From Methanococcus maripaludis (lineage in GTDB: Archaea > AGJL01 > Methanococci > Methanococcales > Methanococcaceae): a stretch of 32,000 nt of DNA. The DNA lies in contig NZ_CP026606.1 of the NCBI RefSeq assembly GCF_002945325.1, forward strand, positions 120,001-152,000, given 5' to 3'. The notes under the pieces are model-generated. The model was given only the letters and a program-made list of their open reading frames with translations. It made no database searches and was not told where the DNA came from. Both the position numbers and the translations under genes were made by a program. Position 1 is the stretch's first letter; the number at the start of each line of letters is the position of its first letter. Shown here piece by piece: positions 27,302 to 32,000 of this stretch.

Positions 27302-27892
27302 ATGGATACGCGGGATCAGATAATTAAAAACTCAAGAGATATATTTTTTAAAAAGGGTTATAATGAAACATCTCTTTTAGAAATTGCAAAAAAATGCAAT
27401 ATTTCAAAAGGAGGTCTTTACCATTATTTTAATAAAAAAGAAGACTTATTCCTCGAAGTTATTGTCTCAATGATAAAAGAAAACGAAAAAATTATACTAC
27501 GTTGCATTGAACAAGACATAGGATTTGAAGAGGCATTTTTTGAATTTATAGATAAAATGATTATGATACGAAGTAGATATTTTAATGAATATATCCAAAA
27601 AGATGATACTCCAACATATTCAGGACCTCTTTCCGATGCGATAAAACGATTTCCCGAAATATGGGAAGTAAATAATAATATATATGAAAACATCATAAAT
27701 GGATTAGTAAACAGGATTATAATAGGGCAAGAAAAAGGGGAAATCAAAGAAAATTTAGACCCTCATGCAATTGCACTTCATTTTTGTTCAATATATGAAG
27801 GATTACCTTTAGTTTCGTATTATACGAATAAAAAATTCGATGAAACAGCAAGAACACTGTTTAACTCATTTTGGGATATTATAAAAAATTAA
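27302..27892 (+). CDS. TetR/AcrR-family transcriptional regulator.
   Basis: The N-terminal HTH region reads IIKNSRDIFFKKGYNETSLLEIAKKCNISKGGLYHYFNKKEDLF. Confidence 0.85.
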   Translation: MDTRDQIIKNSRDIFFKKGYNETSLLEIAKKCNISKGGLYHYFNKKEDLFLEVIVSMIKENEKIILRCIEQDIGFEEAFFEFIDKMIMIRSRYFNEYIQKDDTPTYSGPLSDAIKRFPEIWEVNNNIYENIINGLVNRIIIGQEKGEIKENLDPHAIALHFCSIYEGLPLVSYYTNKKFDETARTLFNSFWDIIKN

Positions 27893-27958
27893 TTTTACGC
27901 GGACAAGAACCGACCGGGTGGCCGGTAAATAATAGGAACATATGGGTGGTGAAACTTT

Positions 27959-28429
27959 ATGGAGAATATATTTGAATTTGGATTTTCAGTATTTACAGGC
28001 AATGCATATACCTCATTACTTAGATACCTTTCAAAGTACGAAAAAGCTGAAAAGAAAGGTTTTGAAAATATTACTCCCCGAGATGCTATGGAAATCGGAT
28101 TTGAAACAATGTTTATGGCCCAGATATTTGGAAAAGAACTTTCAAAAATGGAAGTTGAGGGTCCTGAAAAACTCGCGTTAAATATTGTTATGAAATATAA
28201 ACACAGGGAACTTGTTGAACCTCTCGAAAAAAACTATTTGATGTTTTCAATATGGCGAAATAAGGAAGGTTTTTTAAAATATACCTTAGAAGAAATCAGA
28301 AAAGAAAATTCAACATTGGAAAATGGTTTTGAAAAGGTAGATTGCTATCTTGTACCTTCACTAAAAGTTTTACCATATTTAAAACAGATATTTTTAAAAA
28401 TCGCGCATGAAAATAATATACACCAATAA
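27959..28429 (+). CDS. Hypothetical protein, probably co-transcribed with the TetR gene.
   Basis: This is a 156-aa soluble-looking ORF. GGTGGTGA lies 6 nt upstream of the ATG. I recognise no family. Confidence 0.5.
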   Translation: MENIFEFGFSVFTGNAYTSLLRYLSKYEKAEKKGFENITPRDAMEIGFETMFMAQIFGKELSKMEVEGPEKLALNIVMKYKHRELVEPLEKNYLMFSIWRNKEGFLKYTLEEIRKENSTLENGFEKVDCYLVPSLKVLPYLKQIFLKIAHENNIHQ

Positions 28430-28440
28430 AATAAAAGATT

Positions 28441-29109
28441 TTAATGTCTTTCGTTTAATTTAAGCTTTTTAACTTTCCATTCAGGCATTAATTCGGTTAA
28501 ATAATTATAAAAATCCTTACTGTGGTTTGGATATCTTAAATGGGCCAGTTCATGAAACACGACATATTCAATACAGTCTTTTGATTTTTCGATTAATCTT
28601 TCATTTAGTATAATTTTATTTTTATGAAAACTGCAAGATCCCCATCTTTTTTTCATTTTCCTAACTGCAAAATCAGGCATTTTTTCTGTAACTATCTTAT
28701 AATTATCCTTAAAAATTTCAAAAAGTTCAAGTTCTGCACTTTTTCGGTAAAATTTTTCAATTATTTTTTTCTTTTTTTCAAAATCATCAGGTTCTAAAAT
28801 ATGAAGATTAAAAAAATTATCTGAAATTTCTAAATACTCCTTTTTTGAAGAATATACTTTTAAAATATATTCATTTCCTAAATATTTGAATAATTCTCCA
28901 TCAATATACTTTTTTGCAACTGATTTTGAATTTAGCGATTCAAAATTCTCCAGATGCTTTTTTATCCAACTTTCTTTTTTCTTTATAAACGAATTAATGT
29001 ATTCATCAGAAACGTGAACTGGCGCTTTTACTACAACCGAACAGTCGGGATTTACAACCAGATACATGTTTTTGATTTTTTTACGGATGATTTTAACGTT
29101 TTCTACCAT
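28441..29109 (-). CDS. YgjP/DUF45-type zinc metallopeptidase (HExxH).
   Basis: The block RWGSCSFHKNKIILNERLIEKSKDCIEYVVFHELAHLRYPNHSKDFYNYL is the canonical COG1451 motif. Confidence 0.75.
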   Translation of the reverse strand: MVENVKIIRKKIKNMYLVVNPDCSVVVKAPVHVSDEYINSFIKKKESWIKKHLENFESLNSKSVAKKYIDGELFKYLGNEYILKVYSSKKEYLEISDNFFNLHILEPDDFEKKKKIIEKFYRKSAELELFEIFKDNYKIVTEKMPDFAVRKMKKRWGSCSFHKNKIILNERLIEKSKDCIEYVVFHELAHLRYPNHSKDFYNYLTELMPEWKVKKLKLNERH

Positions 29110-29137
29110 GATATTGCCATTCGAGTTAAAAAATAAG

Positions 29138-29329
29138 TTATTTCTTGGATTTTTTAAGTTTTATTTGAAGTATAATTCCGATTACTAAAAATACAATTCC
29201 CAAATCTTTTAAAATGGTATAAATTATGCTTAACTCGCCAGTCTCGGATTTTAAGAATATTCCAAACAATATTGCGGATAAAAAGAATATAAATGCGGTT
29301 AAATATGATTTAAATGGAGTGATTTTCAA
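29138..29329 (-). CDS. Small 2-TM membrane protein.
   Basis: This 63-aa ORF has two hydrophobic helices and a KKSKK tail. It ends 28 nt upstream of the YgjP-like gene. Confidence 0.4.
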   Translation of the reverse strand: MKITPFKSYLTAFIFFLSAILFGIFLKSETGELSIIYTILKDLGIVFLVIGIILQIKLKKSKK

Positions 29330-29461
29330 AATATCGCCTCATTTTACGAATAATATATTTTAATCTGGAATTTATAAAAATCTTTTGAAATTATAACGTA
29401 TTGGGAAAATTATTTTTAATTCAAATATATAATGTGTTTAAAATAAATCTGCGTGAAAAAA

Positions 29462-30067
29462 ATGTCTAAAATATATGCTGTTCGAAAAGGGCGGAAAACT
29501 GGATTATTTGATACCTGGGCCGAATGTGAAAATCAAGTTAAAGGATTTTCTGGAGCCGAATTTAAAAGTTTTACATCTAAAATAGATGCAGAAGCTTATT
29601 TAAATTTAAAATCAGAGCAAAGGCAAAATAATATAAAATCAGACGAATTTAAAAAAGATGTAATGCATGCATGGGTTGATGGAAGTTTTAATTTAAAAAA
29701 TAAAGAATACGGAGCAGGCGCTTTAATAATATTTAATGGAATTAAAAAAGAAATTAAAGCTAAGGGAAATGATACGGAATTATCAAAAATGAGAAACGTT
29801 GCAGGCGAAATTTTAGCATCAGAACTTGCAATGGAATACGCAGTTTCTAAAAACGTGAAAAACTTGGTAATATATCACGATTATCTTGGAATTGAAAAGT
29901 GGTGTACTGGGGAATGGAAAACAAATAAATCTGGAACGATTGAATATAAAGAAAAATGTAAAAATTACTTAAAAAAATTAAATATTGAATTTGTAAAAGT
30001 TAAGGCGCATTCGGGAGATAAAAATAACGAAATTGCAGATAAGTTGGCAAAAGAATCACTTTTGTAA
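29462..30067 (+). CDS. rnhA: Type 1 ribonuclease H with an N-terminal hybrid-binding (RNase H1 N-terminal/caulimovirus-VI-like) domain.
   Basis: The HBD reads IYAVRKGRKTGLFDTWAECENQVKGFSGAEFKSFTSKIDAEAYL. The catalytic DEDD contexts are AWVDGSF, GEILASELAME, VIYHDYLGIEKW and NNEIADKLAKE. The ATG at 29462 is preferred over the GTG at 29453. Confidence 0.8.
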   Translation: MSKIYAVRKGRKTGLFDTWAECENQVKGFSGAEFKSFTSKIDAEAYLNLKSEQRQNNIKSDEFKKDVMHAWVDGSFNLKNKEYGAGALIIFNGIKKEIKAKGNDTELSKMRNVAGEILASELAMEYAVSKNVKNLVIYHDYLGIEKWCTGEWKTNKSGTIEYKEKCKNYLKKLNIEFVKVKAHSGDKNNEIADKLAKESLL

Positions 30068-30081
30068 AAAAATAAAATAAT

Positions 30082-31263
30082 TTAAATCATTTCAACAAAG
30101 GCTTCAAGTCTCGTTTTTATCTGTTCTTTATCACTTTCTGAATAGTCTGTTTCTATTCTAATTATTGGAATTCCTAAATTTTTGAGTTCTTTTTCAATTA
30201 ATGCACCTTCAACATTAAATGTGTGGCAGTATTGTAATGTATAATAAACAACACCATCTGCATTTTGTTCCTTTACAAGTTCTTTAATTCTTTCAATTCT
30301 GCTATCATTTTTAAATGCAGATGCACAGTTGATTTTAAAGTATCTTTCTGCAAGGTCATCAATTGTGTATCCTTTAACCAAATTATCAAATTTTCTGGTT
30401 CCAGTACATGTTTCTTCACCGACTACAAGTCCGCCGACTTCTTCGATAATGTCCACAATTTTGGTATTTCCTGCAACCATCGGGCATCCTGCAACCAGAA
30501 TTCTTTTTCCAGCGTATCCTTCACCGTTTTTAACCCGTTCTTCGAGTTCAGATATTACTTCTTTCAAAATTGCGAGTCTATCTTTTATATCGAGTAAAAA
30601 TGACCTTTGAAATATTTTTAATGCATCAGTTCCAGTTATTGGCGTTGGGATTTTGGATCTTAATTCATAAAGCTTGTGGGATAATATTCTTTCTTCATTT
30701 TCTTCATCAATTGCTTCTTTTAATTTTTCTTCAGTAATCTTGTTTCCAGTAAATTTTTCCACGTAATCTTTGAAGTCGTAAACTTCTTTGAGCCATAATT
30801 TATATGACCTTTCATCTTTAAAGTGTGGAAGATGCATAACATACATTTCTGACAGTTTTGCCATGTGTTCAAACATCTTTTTCTTTCCATCGCACGTTGT
30901 TTCTCCAACAATAACATCTGAAGCTTCAAAGTAAGGGCAGGCTTTATCTTTTTTAAATCCGTATGAAGATTTAATCAGCGGACAGATACTTCTTGGCAGA
31001 TCTTCTTCTGCTGATGGAATGGTTGACTCTTTTCCACCACAAAGTCCGACAGGAATTGCATCAGCAGCACATATAATTTCAGTAGGCACGAATACACAAA
31101 ATCTACCAAATACTTTTTTTCCTTCGTCTTTTTCTCGATATAATTCCTCTTTTCTTTTTGAAAAAATTTCATCGAGTTTTTTGATACTTTTTAATTCGTC
31201 CAAAGTTTCACCGATTTTATAGTTTAAACTATCTTCTAAGATATTATTTAAATTATTTTTCAT
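30082..31263 (-). CDS. 2-hydroxyacyl-CoA dehydratase (HgdB/BcrC) superfamily protein, of the double-cubane-cluster-protein-like type.
   Basis: About 393 aa from the ATG at 31263 ([11 protein letters not shown]). Conserved Cys contexts are [61 protein letters not shown] and LQYCHTFN. The extra 62 N-terminal codons in the track overlap the divergent MFS gene and its promoter. Confidence 0.6.
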   Translation of the reverse strand: MKNNLNNILEDSLNYKIGETLDELKSIKKLDEIFSKRKEELYREKDEGKKVFGRFCVFVPTEIICAADAIPVGLCGGKESTIPSAEEDLPRSICPLIKSSYGFKKDKACPYFEASDVIVGETTCDGKKKMFEHMAKLSEMYVMHLPHFKDERSYKLWLKEVYDFKDYVEKFTGNKITEEKLKEAIDEENEERILSHKLYELRSKIPTPITGTDALKIFQRSFLLDIKDRLAILKEVISELEERVKNGEGYAGKRILVAGCPMVAGNTKIVDIIEEVGGLVVGEETCTGTRKFDNLVKGYTIDDLAERYFKINCASAFKNDSRIERIKELVKEQNADGVVYYTLQYCHTFNVEGALIEKELKNLGIPIIRIETDYSESDKEQIKTRLEAFVEMI

Positions 31264-31423
31264 TATTTGTTGTGTTTGATATCCATTAGAATATCTATTA
31301 AATATATAATAACTACTAAAATCTAATACCATTATCAATATATATCGGTAATTAAATAATCCAATGAAGGTCTTAAGTTTTAAGATACCTGAAATTAAAC
31401 AATAACTATTTTTGAGGTCATAC

Positions 31424-32000
31424 ATGTTATCAAAGGACAACATCGGCAAAATGATGAAATACCGGTGGGTAATCTTTGCAGTTCTTGCGTTAGTTTACTT
31501 CTTCGTGTACTTTCACAGGGTATCTCCTGCAGTTATGGCTGGAGATCTTATGACAACGTTTGGAGTAGGGGCAACTTCAATGGGTCTACTCGGATCAGTT
31601 TATTTTTATGCATATGCATTAATGCAGATTCCTTCAGGGATAATGTCTGATAAATTCGGACCTAGAAGGGTCGTTGCTGTTTTTACACTTGTTGCAGCAG
31701 CAGGTGCAATTCTTACAGGTATTGCAACTGATTTTAACATGGTTATATTAGGAAGGCTTTTAATCGGTGTTGGTGTAGCTGCAGTATACATCCCGATAAT
31801 GAAAATGCTTTCAATCTGGTTTAGAAAAAACGAATTTGCTACTCAAAGTGGCGTTATGCTTGCAGTAGGAAACATTGGGGCATTATCCGCAGCAGCACCA
31901 CTTGCTTACCTTAATACATCATTAGGTTGGCAGACTGTATTCATGGGACTTGGTGTAGCATCAGTCGCTCTTGCAATTCTTTCATATATTGTTATTAGGG
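31424..32000 (+). CDS. MFS transporter, N-terminal 192 codons; it continues past the right window edge.
   Basis: Manual translation gives [99 protein letters not shown]...[25 protein letters not shown]... The frame stays open to 32000. GAGGT lies 5 nt upstream of the ATG. The MFS signature [11 protein letters not shown] is present. The gene is not in the ORF track. Confidence 0.8.
   Translation, partial: MLSKDNIGKMMKYRWVIFAVLALVYFFVYFHRVSPAVMAGDLMTTFGVGATSMGLLGSVYFYAYALMQIPSGIMSDKFGPRRVVAVFTLVAAAGAILTGIATDFNMVILGRLLIGVGVAAVYIPIMKMLSIWFRKNEFATQSGVMLAVGNIGALSAAAPLAYLNTSLGWQTVFMGLGVASVALAILSYIVIR

Noticed and set aside
27942-28181. A 79-aa plus-strand ORF overlapping the start of the 156-aa ORF.
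   Set aside because: It is off-frame to the longer ORF, which has a strong GGTGGTGA site 6 nt before its ATG. The 79-aa frame starts inside that ribosome-binding site.

Overview
This is an AT-rich archaeal chromosomal segment. Gene content and promoter architecture fit a Methanococcus genome resembling M. maripaludis. All assignments come from motif recognition, because no database search was possible.

The centre (10837-18407, minus strand) is a complete 8-gene Mo-nitrogenase operon, nifH-nifI1-nifI2-nifD-nifK-nifE-nifN-nifX. It has SD-like sites before every gene and two translationally overlapping pairs. Upstream of nifH sit a consensus TTTATATA box and two tandem GGAA-N6-TTCC palindromes, which match the NrpR-type nitrogen operator.

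Directly downstream on the same strand lie ablA-ablB (synthesis of N-epsilon-acetyl-beta-lysine) and a translationally coupled CBS-protein/CPA2 antiporter pair. On the plus strand are an opuA/proVWX-type glycine-betaine ABC transporter and an orphan bioA-like aminotransferase. Together, 1.8-10.3 kb reads as an osmoadaptation block abutting nif.

The right third (18.7-32 kb) looks more accessory:
- a PNPOx-like flavoprotein and a DUF1847 Cys-rich protein
- APC and LysE transporters, and msrA
- a run of small membrane proteins (DUF4013, a BI-1/YccA-like protein, a small wHTH protein)
- a TetR unit preceded by a dense cluster of GATC-centred palindromes
- a YgjP/DUF45 metallopeptidase
- a Bacillus-halodurans-type RNase H1 carrying a hybrid-binding domain
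- an HgdB/double-cubane-cluster-type reductase homologue divergent from an MFS transporter

Two real genes cut by the window edges are missing from the ORF track: a beta-helix repeat surface protein at 1-1100 (minus strand) and an MFS transporter at 31424-32000 (plus strand).

I saw no rRNA, tRNA, CRISPR array, transposase or integrase. I cannot defend any block as a demonstrably new system. The most check-worthy unexplained signals are:
- a GGGTATCCCA motif found 3 times, only in the proV and ablA upstream regions
- the GATC-palindrome array and GC-rich islands around tetR
- a TATA-plus-palindrome-plus-oligo-T unit at 26.9 kb
- the orphan HBD-RNase H1 and DCCP-like genes
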